Below are positions 32,583 to 42,138 of a stretch of 64,000 bases of DNA, piece after piece. Position numbers and translations under genes: made by a program. Location of the stretch: positions 3,520,001-3,584,000 of the forward strand of contig CAWCKH010000004.1 in assembly GCA_963796055.1 (NCBI GenBank), read 5' to 3'. The notes under the pieces were generated by a model. That model had not been told where the DNA came from, searched no databases, and worked only from the letters and a program-made list of their open reading frames with translations. This DNA comes from an uncultured delta proteobacterium (GTDB lineage Bacteria; Myxococcota; Myxococcia; Myxococcales; Myxococcaceae). The number at the start of each line of letters is the position of its first letter. The stretch's first letter is position 1.

Positions 32583-32592
32583 GGAGGGCACC

Positions 32593-33117
32593 ATGGGTCC
32601 CATCGTTGGCATCGACTTCGAGCGGATGACGCTCCGGGACGCCCTCGACCTGGCGGTGCTGATCGAGGAGGAGGCGGCCGATCGCTACCGGGAGTTCGCC
32701 GAGCAGCTCGCCACCCACGACACCCCCGAGGTAGCCGCCTTCTTCGCCCGGATGGCGCGCATCGAGGACCACCACCGCAGCGAGCTGCTGCAGCGGCGAC
32801 GGACGATGTTCGGCGACGCGCCGTCGACGGTGCAGCGGCGGCAGATCTTCGACGTGGAGGCGCCGGCCTACGACGAGGCCCGGGCCTTCATGGGGGTTCG
32901 CCAGGCGCTGGAGACCGTGCTCGCCGCGGAGGTCAAGGCCCACGACTTCTTCGACGAGGCGCTGCCCCGCGTCAAGGACCCCGAGTTGCGGGCCCTCTTC
33001 AAGCAGCTCCGGGATGAGGAGGTACACCACCAGTCCCTGGTGAAGGCCGAGCTGGCGCGTTGCCCGGAGAAGTCGGACGATTCGGAGGCCTATGCGGACG
33101 ACCCGAACGCGCAGTAG
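32593..33117 (+). CDS. Ferritin-like/rubrerythrin-family di-iron protein without rubredoxin domain
   Basis: GGAGGG RBS; duplicated E..x..Y/F and ExxH motifs (IEEEA..RY, IEDHH, AEVKA..FF, EEVHH). Confidence 0.85.
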   Translation: MGPIVGIDFERMTLRDALDLAVLIEEEAADRYREFAEQLATHDTPEVAAFFARMARIEDHHRSELLQRRRTMFGDAPSTVQRRQIFDVEAPAYDEARAFMGVRQALETVLAAEVKAHDFFDEALPRVKDPELRALFKQLRDEEVHHQSLVKAELARCPEKSDDSEAYADDPNAQ

Positions 33118-33141
33118 GACGTTCCCCTCGGGAGCACATTC

Positions 33142-33501
33142 ATGACCCAGGGCCTCGCCCTCCTCGCTTTCCTCGTCGTCTCCTTCCTCGCCGTGGGCAG
33201 CCTGCTCGTCTTGGCGCGGCTGCTCCGGGTGCACGCCCGCGTCGACAGCCCGCTGAAGCGCGAGACCTACGAGTGCGGCGAGACGCCCCGGGGCATGGCC
33301 TGGGTGCGCTTCCACGCCCGCTACTACGTGGTGGCGCTGTTCTTCGTCCTCTTCGACATCGAGGCGGCGCTCATCCTCCCCTGGGGCACCATCGTCCGGG
33401 AGGTGGGGACCACGGGGCTGGTCGCGGTGGGCACGTTCGTCGGGGTGCTGATGCTCGGCTGGGCCTGGGCGATCCGGAAGGGGGCGCTGGAGTGGGTGTG
33501 A
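33142..33501 (+). CDS. nuoA: Complex I subunit A
   Basis: [27 protein letters not shown]. Confidence 0.93.
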   Translation: MTQGLALLAFLVVSFLAVGSLLVLARLLRVHARVDSPLKRETYECGETPRGMAWVRFHARYYVVALFFVLFDIEAALILPWGTIVREVGTTGLVAVGTFVGVLMLGWAWAIRKGALEWV

Positions 33502-34682
33502 GGACGGTCGACGACGGGGCGGCGTTCGAGCACCCGCTCTACAAGACGCTGCTCAGCGTGCCAGGGCTGACGGTGGCCACCACCGCGCTGGACCAGGTGC
33601 TCACCTGGGGGATGAGTAACGCGCTCTGGGTGTTCCCCATGGCCACCAGCTGCTGCGGCATCGAGTTCATGGCCACCGCCGCGAGCCGGGTGGACATCGA
33701 CCGGATGGGGACCATCGTCCGGGCCACCCCGCGGCAAGCGGACGTGATGGTGGTGGCCGGGACCATCACCGTGAAGATGGCGTCGCGGGTGAAGAAGCTC
33801 TGGGACCAGATGCCCGAGCCCAAGTGGTGCATCGCCATGGGCTCCTGCGCCATCTCCGGCGACTTCTACCGGAACCTCTACTCGGTGGTTCCGGGCGTGG
33901 ACACGTTCCTTCCCGTCGACGTCTACGTGCCGGGCTGTCCGCCGAACCCGGAGGCCCTGATGCACGGGTTTCTCCGGCTGCAAGAGAAGATCCGCAAGAG
34001 CCGCAAGGGCGAGACCGTCACGCCCGAGACCAACTCGGAGCTGCTCCGCGTCACGCGCCCGTCCATCCCGCGGATGGTCGACCACGAGCGGACCCCCGAG
34101 ATGGACCGCGCGCAGATCGAGTCGGCGGACATTGCCACCGAGGTGGAGGTCACCCCGGCGGTCCACGCCTCGCTCGCGCCCGAGCCCACGGAGCTCGCCT
34201 CCAATATCTCCGGTCCGGACCTGCCGGCGGTGCTCACCGAGCTGGGTATCGCGGCGACGGGCGAGCTCGGCCCTCCGCTCGTCCCGGCGCGGCGGCACCT
34301 CGAGGTCGCGAGCCGGCTCAAGTCCCGCGGGTACCGGCAGCTGGTGTCGGTGGTGGCGACGCACTGGGTGGCGGGCACGGCCCGGAAGGGGAAGGTCCCG
34401 GACGAGCCCGAGCACTTCGAGGTCAGCTATCTGCTCCGGACGGTGGGGGCCGGCTCGCGGGTGGCAACGTGGGCGGTCCGGCTCGCGCCGGGTGAGCCCG
34501 TCTCGTCGCTGTTCCAGCTCTTCGCAGGGGCGGACTGGCAGGAGCGCGAGCAGTACGACCTGGTCGGCGTGGTGTTCGCCGACCACCCGGACCTCCGCCG
34601 GCTGATGATGCCGGAGAACTACGATCGCCATCCCCTCCGGCGGGACCTGCCGGCCAATCTCCCGTACGCCCCCTGGAGATGA
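33498..34682 (+). CDS. nuoBC: Fused complex I subunit B-C
   Basis: NuoB: SCCGIE, PRQAD, MGSCA, PGCPP; C-terminal Nuo[23 protein letters not shown]...HPLRRD. Confidence 0.88.
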   Translation: MRTVDDGAAFEHPLYKTLLSVPGLTVATTALDQVLTWGMSNALWVFPMATSCCGIEFMATAASRVDIDRMGTIVRATPRQADVMVVAGTITVKMASRVKKLWDQMPEPKWCIAMGSCAISGDFYRNLYSVVPGVDTFLPVDVYVPGCPPNPEALMHGFLRLQEKIRKSRKGETVTPETNSELLRVTRPSIPRMVDHERTPEMDRAQIESADIATEVEVTPAVHASLAPEPTELASNISGPDLPAVLTELGIAATGELGPPLVPARRHLEVASRLKSRGYRQLVSVVATHWVAGTARKGKVPDEPEHFEVSYLLRTVGAGSRVATWAVRLAPGEPVSSLFQLFAGADWQEREQYDLVGVVFADHPDLRRLMMPENYDRHPLRRDLPANLPYAPWR

Positions 34683-35869
34683 CCGCGTTGCAGACGGTGC
34701 AGATCACCCGGCGGGTCGACCCGCACCTCTCCATCGACCGGTACGACCCCGAGGGGGAGCTGATGCTCCTGCACTTCGGGCCGCAGCACCCGTCCACGCA
34801 CGGCGTGTTCCGGATGGACCTCTACCTGGACGGGGAGAAGGTGGTGAAGGTGATTCCGCACGTGGGCTACCTCCACCGGGCGGTGGAGAAGCTCTGCGAG
34901 ACTCTGGCCTACGTGCAGATCACCCCCATCGTCGACAAGAACGACTACGTCGCGCCGATGACCAACGAGCAGGCCCTGAACATGGCCTTCGAGGCGGCGC
35001 TCAAGCTCGAGGTGCCGCGCCGGGCGCGGTGGATGCGGACCCTCTTCGCCGAGCTCCAGCGCATCGCCTCGCACCTGCTCTGGCTCGGGACCTTCGCCCT
35101 GGACCTGGGGGGCGCCCTGGGCGGCGGGTCGACGGTGTTTATCCACTGCTTCCGCGAGCGCGAGCTGGTGCTGGACCTCTTCGAGGAGGTCACCGGGGCG
35201 CGGTTCCACTACAACACCCACACCATCGGCGGGAACCGGCACGACCTGCCCGCGGGCTGGAGCGCGAAGGTGCACGCCGCGCTGGACGTCATCGGCCCCC
35301 GGCTCGACGAGTACGAGGCCATGACGCTGGAGAACCGCATCTTCCTCGACCGGACGGTGGGAGTGGGGAAGCTGGACGCGGAGCTGGCGCTCGAGCTGGG
35401 CATCACCGGCCCCATCCTCCGTGCCTGCGGGGTGGACCACGACCTCCGCCGCGACGCTCCCTTCCACGCCTACGACGAAGTGAAGGTGAACGTGGTGACC
35501 GCGCAGGGCGGGGACTGCCTGGCCCGCGCCCAGGTGCGGCTGGGCGAGATGCGCGAGAGCGTCCGCCTGGTGCGCGAGATGGTGGATTCGGTGCCCGAGG
35601 GCAGCATCAACTCCGGCAAGCCGGTGAAGCTCCCGGTGCAGACCAAGATTCCACCGGGTCAGGTCTACGTGGCGATCGAGACCCCGCGGGGCGAGCTCGG
35701 CACCTACTTGGTCTCGGACGGCACGCAGTTCCCGTACCGCCTGAAGATCCGCCCGCCGAGCCTGCACGCGCTCTCCGCGCTGCCGTACATCATCCCCGGG
35801 GGCACGGTGAGCGACGCGGTGGCGATCCTCGGCTCGGTGGACCCGATCATGGGCGAGGTGGACCGGTGA
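34679..35869 (+). CDS. nuoD: Complex I subunit D
   Basis: [47 protein letters not shown]; no NiFe CxxC motifs. Confidence 0.93.
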   Translation: MTALQTVQITRRVDPHLSIDRYDPEGELMLLHFGPQHPSTHGVFRMDLYLDGEKVVKVIPHVGYLHRAVEKLCETLAYVQITPIVDKNDYVAPMTNEQALNMAFEAALKLEVPRRARWMRTLFAELQRIASHLLWLGTFALDLGGALGGGSTVFIHCFRERELVLDLFEEVTGARFHYNTHTIGGNRHDLPAGWSAKVHAALDVIGPRLDEYEAMTLENRIFLDRTVGVGKLDAELALELGITGPILRACGVDHDLRRDAPFHAYDEVKVNVVTAQGGDCLARAQVRLGEMRESVRLVREMVDSVPEGSINSGKPVKLPVQTKIPPGQVYVAIETPRGELGTYLVSDGTQFPYRLKIRPPSLHALSALPYIIPGGTVSDAVAILGSVDPIMGEVDR

Positions 35870-36837
35870 ACGAGGGGCTCCTGCACGGAGCGGTGTACTC
35901 GGTGCTCATCGTCACGGTGGTGCTCACGGCGACGGCGATGGCCCTCTGGTTCGAGCGGAAGTTCGCCGCCCGGCTCCAGACCCGGCTGGGCCCGACCATC
36001 GTGGGGCCCATCGGGCTGCTGCAGCCGGTGGCAGATCTCCTGAAGCTCCTCCAGAAGGAGGACATCGTCCCGGACAACGCGGATGCAGCCATCTTCAACC
36101 TGGTGCCTCCGCTGGCTGCCCTGGCCGCGCTCGGCGCCGCCGCGGTGGTGCCGTTCTCGCCGTCGGTGGTGGCCTCGGACCTGGACGTGGGCGTGCTCTA
36201 CGTCCTCGCCATCGGGGCGGTGACCGTGCTCCCGATCTTCGGGGCGGGGTGGTCGAGCAACAACAAGCTCGCGCTGCTCGGCGGGATGAGGGCCGTTGCC
36301 CAGTCCATCTCCTACGAGGTGCCGCTGCTTCTCTCCGCCATGGTGCCAGTCATCCTCTCCGGGTCGCTGCGGCTGGGCACCATCGTCCAGATGCAGGCCG
36401 ACCACCACTGGTTCGTGGTCTGGCCCTTCTTCATCGGCTTGCCGGCCTTCGGGATCTTCATGCTGGCCATGCTGGCCGAGGCGAACCGCATCCCCTTCGA
36501 CATCCCGGAGGCGGAGAGCGAGCTCGTGGCCGGCGTCACCACCGAGTACACCGGAATGAAGTTCGCGCTGTTCTACATGGCCGAATACATCCACACGATC
36601 GTGGCCTCGGCGGTGGGGGCGGCGCTCTTCCTCGGCGGCTGGGACGGGCCGTTCTTCCCGGGTCTGCACTGGATGGTGCTGAAGACGCTGCTCCTCTTCA
36701 CCGCGGTGTACTGGATCCGCTGGACGCTCCTCCGCTTCCGGTCGGATCAGCTGATGGGACTGTGCTGGAAGTGGCTGGTGCCGATGGGCGTGCTCCTGGT
36801 GGGTGCGGCCGCGACCTGGGTGGTGGTGTTCCCGTGA
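35866..36837 (+). CDS. nuoH: Complex I subunit H
   Basis: ERKFAARLQ.RLGP, GLLQPVAD, AQSISYE, NRIPFDIPEAESELVAG..TEY, RFRSDQL. Confidence 0.93.
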   Translation: MNEGLLHGAVYSVLIVTVVLTATAMALWFERKFAARLQTRLGPTIVGPIGLLQPVADLLKLLQKEDIVPDNADAAIFNLVPPLAALAALGAAAVVPFSPSVVASDLDVGVLYVLAIGAVTVLPIFGAGWSSNNKLALLGGMRAVAQSISYEVPLLLSAMVPVILSGSLRLGTIVQMQADHHWFVVWPFFIGLPAFGIFMLAMLAEANRIPFDIPEAESELVAGVTTEYTGMKFALFYMAEYIHTIVASAVGAALFLGGWDGPFFPGLHWMVLKTLLLFTAVYWIRWTLLRFRSDQLMGLCWKWLVPMGVLLVGAAATWVVVFP

Positions 36838-37955
36838 AGGACTACCTGACGACGGCGGTCCGGGCGCTGGCCACCAGCTTCACCAACTTCTTCCGCCGTT
36901 CGGTCACGGTGGAGTTCCCCGATGTCATCCGACCGCGCGCCGAGCGCTACCGGGCGAGCTTCGCCCTGCTCCACGAGGAGGACGGGGACGAGGCATGCAT
37001 CGGGTGCCTGCAGTGCGAGCGCATCTGCCCCTCGGAGGTCATCTCCATCAAGGCGGGCGGCAAGCGCGAGTCACCCATCACCGGGAAGAAGCGCGGGTAC
37101 GCCGACGACTTCGTGCTCGACCTGAACGCCTGCATCTACTGCGAGCTGTGCGTCCAGGTCTGCCCGACGGACGCGATCGTGATGACCCGTGAGCCAGAGC
37201 TGCCCGCGTTCGGGCGCGAGGACCTGGTACTGACGATGGCCAAGCTCTATGCCAACGAGAAGTCGAAGCAGCGGGCGTGGGGCGATGCGACTCGGCTGAA
37301 CGCGATGCAGACGCCGCCGAAGCCTCCGAAGGCCGCGACCCCCGCGGCGGGGAGCGCGGCTCCAACAGCGGGCGCTCAGCCGGCGGCTTCGAGCGCTCGT
37401 GCTGCCGCTCCGGCCGCGGCGAGTCCGGCCGCAGCGAGCTCATCGACTGCACCCGCCGGTGCCCCCGCTCCGGCTCCCGCGGCGAGTCCGGCCGCGTCGG
37501 GCACAGCGAGCGCACCCGTCGGTGCCCGGCCTCCGGCTGCCGCGGCGAGTCCGGCCGCAGCGAGCTCATCTACTGCCCCTGCCGCTGCTCGCGCTCCGGC
37601 TGCCGCGGCGAGTTCGGCAGCATCTGGCTCGCCGAGCGCACCCGTCGCTGCCCCCGCTCCGGCTGCCGCGGCGAGTCCGGCCGCATCGGGCAGCCCGAGC
37701 GCACCCGTCGCTGCCCCCGCTCCGGCGGCCGCGGCGAGTCCGGCCGCATCGGGCCCGTCGGCCGCCTCTGGTGCTCCTGCCTCGGCCGAGGCAGCCACTC
37801 CGCCGGTGCCTGTGGTGCCCCTGCCAGCGCCGGCCCCGGCATCCGCGCCGTCCAGCCAGGGTGCGTCTGCCGAGACCGGCGAGACCCGTCCGGTGGCTTC
37901 GACCGCCGAGCGAGGTTCCACGCCGCCGGGCTCGAGCGGGGAGGGCACGCCGTGA
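36834..37955 (+). CDS. nuoI: Complex I subunit I with ~210-aa Ala/Pro/Ser repeat tail
   Basis: CIGCLQCERICP and CIYCELCVQVCP 2x[4Fe-4S] motifs; the tail stays in frame up to the GTGA overlap with nuoJ. Confidence 0.9.
   Translation: MKDYLTTAVRALATSFTNFFRRSVTVEFPDVIRPRAERYRASFALLHEEDGDEACIGCLQCERICPSEVISIKAGGKRESPITGKKRGYADDFVLDLNACIYCELCVQVCPTDAIVMTREPELPAFGREDLVLTMAKLYANEKSKQRAWGDATRLNAMQTPPKPPKAATPAAGSAAPTAGAQPAASSARAAAPAAASPAAASSSTAPAGAPAPAPAASPAASGTASAPVGARPPAAAASPAAASSSTAPAAARAPAAAASSAASGSPSAPVAAPAPAAAASPAASGSPSAPVAAPAPAAAASPAASGPSAASGAPASAEAATPPVPVVPLPAPAPASAPSSQGASAETGETRPVASTAERGSTPPGSSGEGTP
37406..37760 (+). repeat. Coding tandem repeat, about 6 x 63 bp (21 aa, PAAAASPAASGSPSAPVAAPA-like), inside nuoI
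   Basis: GCGGCGAGT recurs at 37416, 37479, 37542, 37605, 37668, 37731 (exact 63-bp period). Confidence 0.9.
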
Positions 37956-38503
37956 CGGCCGAGCTGGGCTTCGGTGTGTTCGCATTCCTCCTGGTGGGCT
38001 TTCCCGCCCTCCGGGTGGTGACCAGCCGGGACCTGGTCAGGGCGGTCCTCTGGCTCGCGGTGACGCTGCTCGGCACCGCGGTGCTGTATGCGCTGCTGCA
38101 CGCCCCCTTTCTCGCCGGCGTCCAGGTACTCACCTATGTGGGCGGGGTGGTGACGCTGATGGTGTTCGGGGTGATGGTGACCCACAAGCACGACGGGACG
38201 ACCGTCGCCATCGACGGCGCCAACCGCGTCCGGGGTGCGCTGGCGGCCCTGGCCTTCTTCGGCGTGGTGGCCTTCGCCATCGTCCGGACCGACCTCTCGT
38301 CGCTCACCCCGGTGGAGACGCCGTCCACCCAGGAGCTCGCGATGGCTCTGCTGGATCGCTACCTGATCGCCTTCGAGGTCGCCTCGGTCCTGCTCCTCGC
38401 CGCCATCATCAGCGCGGTGGTGCTCGCCCGCCGCCGCGACCCTCTGCCCGAGGGGACCGAGCCTGCCGACGGAGCCAGGCTCCAGGAAGGGAGCGTGCCG
38501 TGA
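37952..38503 (+). CDS. nuoJ: Complex I subunit J
   Basis: APFLAGVQVLTYVGGVVTL, YLIAFEVASVLLL. Confidence 0.9.
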   Translation: MTAELGFGVFAFLLVGFPALRVVTSRDLVRAVLWLAVTLLGTAVLYALLHAPFLAGVQVLTYVGGVVTLMVFGVMVTHKHDGTTVAIDGANRVRGALAALAFFGVVAFAIVRTDLSSLTPVETPSTQELAMALLDRYLIAFEVASVLLLAAIISAVVLARRRDPLPEGTEPADGARLQEGSVP

Positions 38504-38796
38504 CGCTCCGCGCGCTCCTCCTGGTGGCGACCGCACTCTTCAGCATCGGCATCTACGGCCTGGTCACCCGGCGCCAGGCGGTGGCCCTGCTCCTCTCCAT
38601 CGAGGTGATGGCCAACGCCGCAAATCTGGTGTTCGTCGCCTTCGCCCGGTACGGCGGCGCGCCGGGCCATCCGCTGGTGCTCTTCGCCCTGGCAATCACC
38701 GTGGCCGAGGTCGCGGTCGGTCTCGCCCTGGTGCTGCTCTTCTACCGCCGGCACGGGGACACCTTGCTGGAGATGGCCAGCGAGGCGAAGGGATGA
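38500..38796 (+). CDS. nuoK: Complex I subunit K
   Basis: LFSIGIYG...RR, SIEVMANAANL, AEVAVGLAL. Confidence 0.92.
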   Translation: MTLRALLLVATALFSIGIYGLVTRRQAVALLLSIEVMANAANLVFVAFARYGGAPGHPLVLFALAITVAEVAVGLALVLLFYRRHGDTLLEMASEAKG

Positions 38797-40592
38797 GTTC
38801 CTCCGTCGTCCTGGCCCTGGTGACGCTCGTCGCTCCCCTAGGCGCGGCGCTCCTCTCGGTGGTCATCCCCCCGCTGCGCCACCGCGGCGCCCCCGCCGCG
38901 ATGCTCACCATCGTCAGCAGCCTGCTGGCCACCGGCGCGGCGGCGATGCTCTTGACCCAGGACCTGGCGGGCCGTGCCATCCGCGCCACGGTGCCCTGGA
39001 TGGTGCTGCAGGGCCGCGGACTGGGCCAGGTGGGCGTCCGACTCGATGCGGTCTCCGTCCCGATGCTGGCGGTGGTGTGCCTGGTCGCGCTGGCGGTCCA
39101 GGTCTACTCGATCGCCTACATGCACGACGAGACGCCGCGCTCGTACGGGCGGTACTTCGCCTACCACGCCCTCTTCCTCTTCAGCATGAACACCCTGGTC
39201 CTGGCGCCGGACCTGCTCCAGGCGTTCGCCGGGTGGGAGCTGGTCGGCCTGGTCAGCTACCTCCTCATCGGTTTCCACTTCGACCGCCCCAGCGCGGCGC
39301 GGGCGGCGGTGAAGGCGTTCTGGATGACCAAGCTCGCGGACATGGGCTTCCTGTTCGCGCTCCTGCTCCTCTTCACCCGCACCGGCGCGTTCTCCTGGGA
39401 CGTGGCGCTCCGCCCCGAGGTGGCCGAGGCGACCGCGGCGCTGATCTTCCTGGCGGTGATGGGCAAGTCGGCCCAGTTCCCGCTCCACGTGTGGCTCCCC
39501 GACGCGATGGAGGGTCCCACCCCGGTGTCCGCCCTGCTCCACGCAGCCACGATGGTCGCCGCCGGCGTCTACCTGGTGGTCCGCGCGGATCCGCTCTTCG
39601 CCCAGGCGCACTGGGTCCAGGGCGGGATGCTCTGGGTGGGGACCATCACCGCGGTCTTCGCCGCGCTCCTCGGCCTGGTGCAGAACGACATCAAACGCGT
39701 GCTGGCGTACTCCACCTGCTCGCAGCTCGGCTTCATGGTCGCGGCGCTCGGCGCAGGCTCGGCCTTCGCCGGGTACTTCCACCTCGGAACGCACGCCTTC
39801 TTCAAGGCACTGCTCTTCCTCGGCGCGGGCAGCGTCATCCACGCCGTTCACTCCAACGACGTGAGCGACATGGGCGGTCTCGCTCGAAAGATGCCGGTGA
39901 CCGCCATCACCTTCGCCGCCGGAGCGCTCTCACTCTCCGGCGTTCCCCCGTTCGCCGGCTTCGCCTCCAAGGACGCGATCCTCACCGCGGTGGAGGGAAG
40001 GGCAGGGTGGGTTCCTTGGGCGCTCCTGCTGGCCACGGCGTTCCTCACCGCCTTCTACATGGGGCGGGTGCTGGTGCTGACCTTCCTGGGCAAACCGTCC
40101 GCCGCCGCGGCCCATGCGCACGAGTCGCCCCCGGTGATGACTGGCCCGCTGCTCGCCCTCGCCATCCCCACCGTGGCCGGGGGGTTGCTCGGCCCGTGGC
40201 TCGCGCGCGGACTCGGCACCGAGATGCACCTCCACCTCGGTCTCACCCCGGTGCTGGCAAGCACGGCCGCGCTCGGCGGGCTCGCGCTCTCCGTGATGAT
40301 CTACGCGCGGGGAGGTGAGGCGCCGCTCGCCGGCACCATCGCCGCCCTGGACCGGCGCTCGATCATCGACCGGACCTGGGCCTTCGGCTACCGCGGGCTC
40401 CTGCTTCCGCTCGGGGGGGCGTTGCGCTGGGTGGACCGCTACCTCGTCGACGGGCTGATGAACGGGCTCGGCTTCGGGACCCTCGAGGCCGGGCAGGCGC
40501 TCCGTCCGATCCAGACCGGCCGCACCCGCGACTACGCCCTGGCGGTGGTGGTGGGGGCGGTGGTCCTCCTGATCCTCGGGACCTGGCGATGA
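38793..40592 (+). CDS. nuoL: Complex I subunit L
   Basis: GWELVGLVSYLLIGF, GKSAQFPLHVWLPDAMEGPTPVSALLHAATMV, DIKRVLAYST.SQLG, HAFFKALLFL. Confidence 0.95.
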   Translation: MSSSVVLALVTLVAPLGAALLSVVIPPLRHRGAPAAMLTIVSSLLATGAAAMLLTQDLAGRAIRATVPWMVLQGRGLGQVGVRLDAVSVPMLAVVCLVALAVQVYSIAYMHDETPRSYGRYFAYHALFLFSMNTLVLAPDLLQAFAGWELVGLVSYLLIGFHFDRPSAARAAVKAFWMTKLADMGFLFALLLLFTRTGAFSWDVALRPEVAEATAALIFLAVMGKSAQFPLHVWLPDAMEGPTPVSALLHAATMVAAGVYLVVRADPLFAQAHWVQGGMLWVGTITAVFAALLGLVQNDIKRVLAYSTCSQLGFMVAALGAGSAFAGYFHLGTHAFFKALLFLGAGSVIHAVHSNDVSDMGGLARKMPVTAITFAAGALSLSGVPPFAGFASKDAILTAVEGRAGWVPWALLLATAFLTAFYMGRVLVLTFLGKPSAAAAHAHESPPVMTGPLLALAIPTVAGGLLGPWLARGLGTEMHLHLGLTPVLASTAALGGLALSVMIYARGGEAPLAGTIAALDRRSIIDRTWAFGYRGLLLPLGGALRWVDRYLVDGLMNGLGFGTLEAGQALRPIQTGRTRDYALAVVVGAVVLLILGTWR

Positions 40593-42138
40593 GTGGCCAC
40601 CTCCTGCTGGCGATGGTTGGCTCGCCGGCGATCGCCGCCGCGGTGCTGCTGCTCGTCCCTGGCCGGATGCGACAGCTGGTGCGCTGGGTGTCGCTGGTCG
40701 GAGCGGGCGGTGGCCTCGTCGGCGCGGTGGCCGCCGCGCTGGCCTGGGACAAGGGCGTGGGCGGGTTCCAGCTGGCCGAGCGGTACCCGCTGGTGCCCTC
40801 GATGGGCATCTCCTTCTCGCTCGCCGCGGACGGCTGGAGCATCGCCCTGGTGCTCCTCACCGGCATCATCATCGTCACCGGCGTGCTCGCCAGCTGGACG
40901 GTGCAGCGGCGCGACAAGGAGTTCTTCGTCCTCCTGCTCACGCTGGTGACCGGCGTCTTCGGAGTCTTCGTCAGCCAGGACCTCTTCGTCTTCTTCCTCT
41001 TCTACGAGATCGCCGTCCTCCCCATGTACCTGCTGATCGGGATCTGGGGGAGCAGCCACCAAGTCCCGCCCCGGGGGCCATTCCGGATCGCCTGGAGGCG
41101 GTTCGCGGTGGGAAGCCGCGAGTACGCGGCAATGAAGCTCACCCTGATGCTCCTGGTGGGCTCGGCGGCCATCCTGGTGGCCATCCTCGGCCTCTGGTCG
41201 CGCGCCGGTGCCCGGACCTTCGACCTGGGCCAGCTCGCCGCGGTGCCCTTCCCGCGCTCGACGCAGATGTGGGTCTTCCCTCTGCTCTGGCTCGGCTTCG
41301 GGACGCTGGCGGGCGTGTTCCCCTTCCACACCTGGAGCCCGGACGGCCATGCCTCGGCGCCCACCGCGGTCAGCATGCTGCACGCCGGGGTGTTGATGAA
41401 GCTGGGCGCGTTCGGGGTGATGCGGGTGGGGATGGTGCTCGCGCCCGAGGCCGCGGTGACCTGGGCGCCGCTCGTCGGCGCGGTGGCGGTGGTGAACATC
41501 CTCTATGGCGCGCTCTGCGCCGCGGCCCAGGACGACCTCAAGTACATCGTGGCCTACTCCTCTGTGAGCCACATGGGCGTGGTGATGCTCGGCGCGGCCA
41601 CTCTCACTCCGGTGGGCTGGAACGGGGCGGTGTTCCAGATGTTCGCCCACGGGATCATGACCGGCCTGTTCTTCGCCCTGGTCGGCCTGGTCTACGAGCG
41701 GGCGCACACCCGAGATCTCGCAAAGATGGGCGGGTTCGCCCACGCGATGCCGGCGATCGCCGTCTTCTTCACCCTCGGCGCGCTCTCCTCGCTGGGGCTC
41801 CCCGGGACCGCTGGCTTCGTCGCCGAGTTCCTGGTCTTCCTCGGAGCGGCGACGGGGCGGAGCTCCTGGTGGACCGTTCCCGCCGTGCTCGGCGCCTTCG
41901 TGACCGCGGTCTACGTGCTCCGGGCCTCGAAGATCATCTTCTGGGGTCCCCGGCCCGCAGGGCGGACGTGTCCCACCTGTCCGACCCGCGGCGCACCGAG
42001 TGGGCGGCGCCGGTGGTCCTCTGCGCCTGCCTGGTGGTGTTCGGCTTCTGGCCGCGGCTACTCCTCGACGTCATCGACGCCACCACCTCGGGCTACCTCA
42101 ACCGCGTGGCCCTGGTGGCGGAGGCGCTCCGCCGATGA
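40589..42138 (+). CDS. nuoM: Complex I subunit M, with a -1 frameshift near 41960
   Basis: FFLFYEI..LPMY, FPFHTWSPDGH..APT, AYSSVSHMG, LGLPG..GFVAEF; last TM (E WAAPVV..FGFWP) lies in the -1 frame ending 42138, overlapping the nuoN start. Confidence 0.9.

Noticed and set aside
33498..35869. Group 4 [NiFe]-hydrogenase interpretation of the nuo-like cluster
   Set aside because: The large subunit lacks both CxxC Ni-binding motifs and ends in GEVDR, nuoA and nuoJ are present, and there are no maturation genes.
37406..37760. CRISPR-like periodicity (about 29-bp conserved part plus about 34-bp variable part)
   Set aside because: The would-be spacers are homologous to each other, the period is a multiple of 3 inside the nuoI frame, and there are no cas genes or leader. 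It is a coding tandem repeat.
16150..41970. Programmed ribosomal frameshifting in carA or nuoM
   Set aside because: No slippery heptamer or evident stimulatory structure. Both are single-base indels in short homopolymers, consistent with sequencing error.
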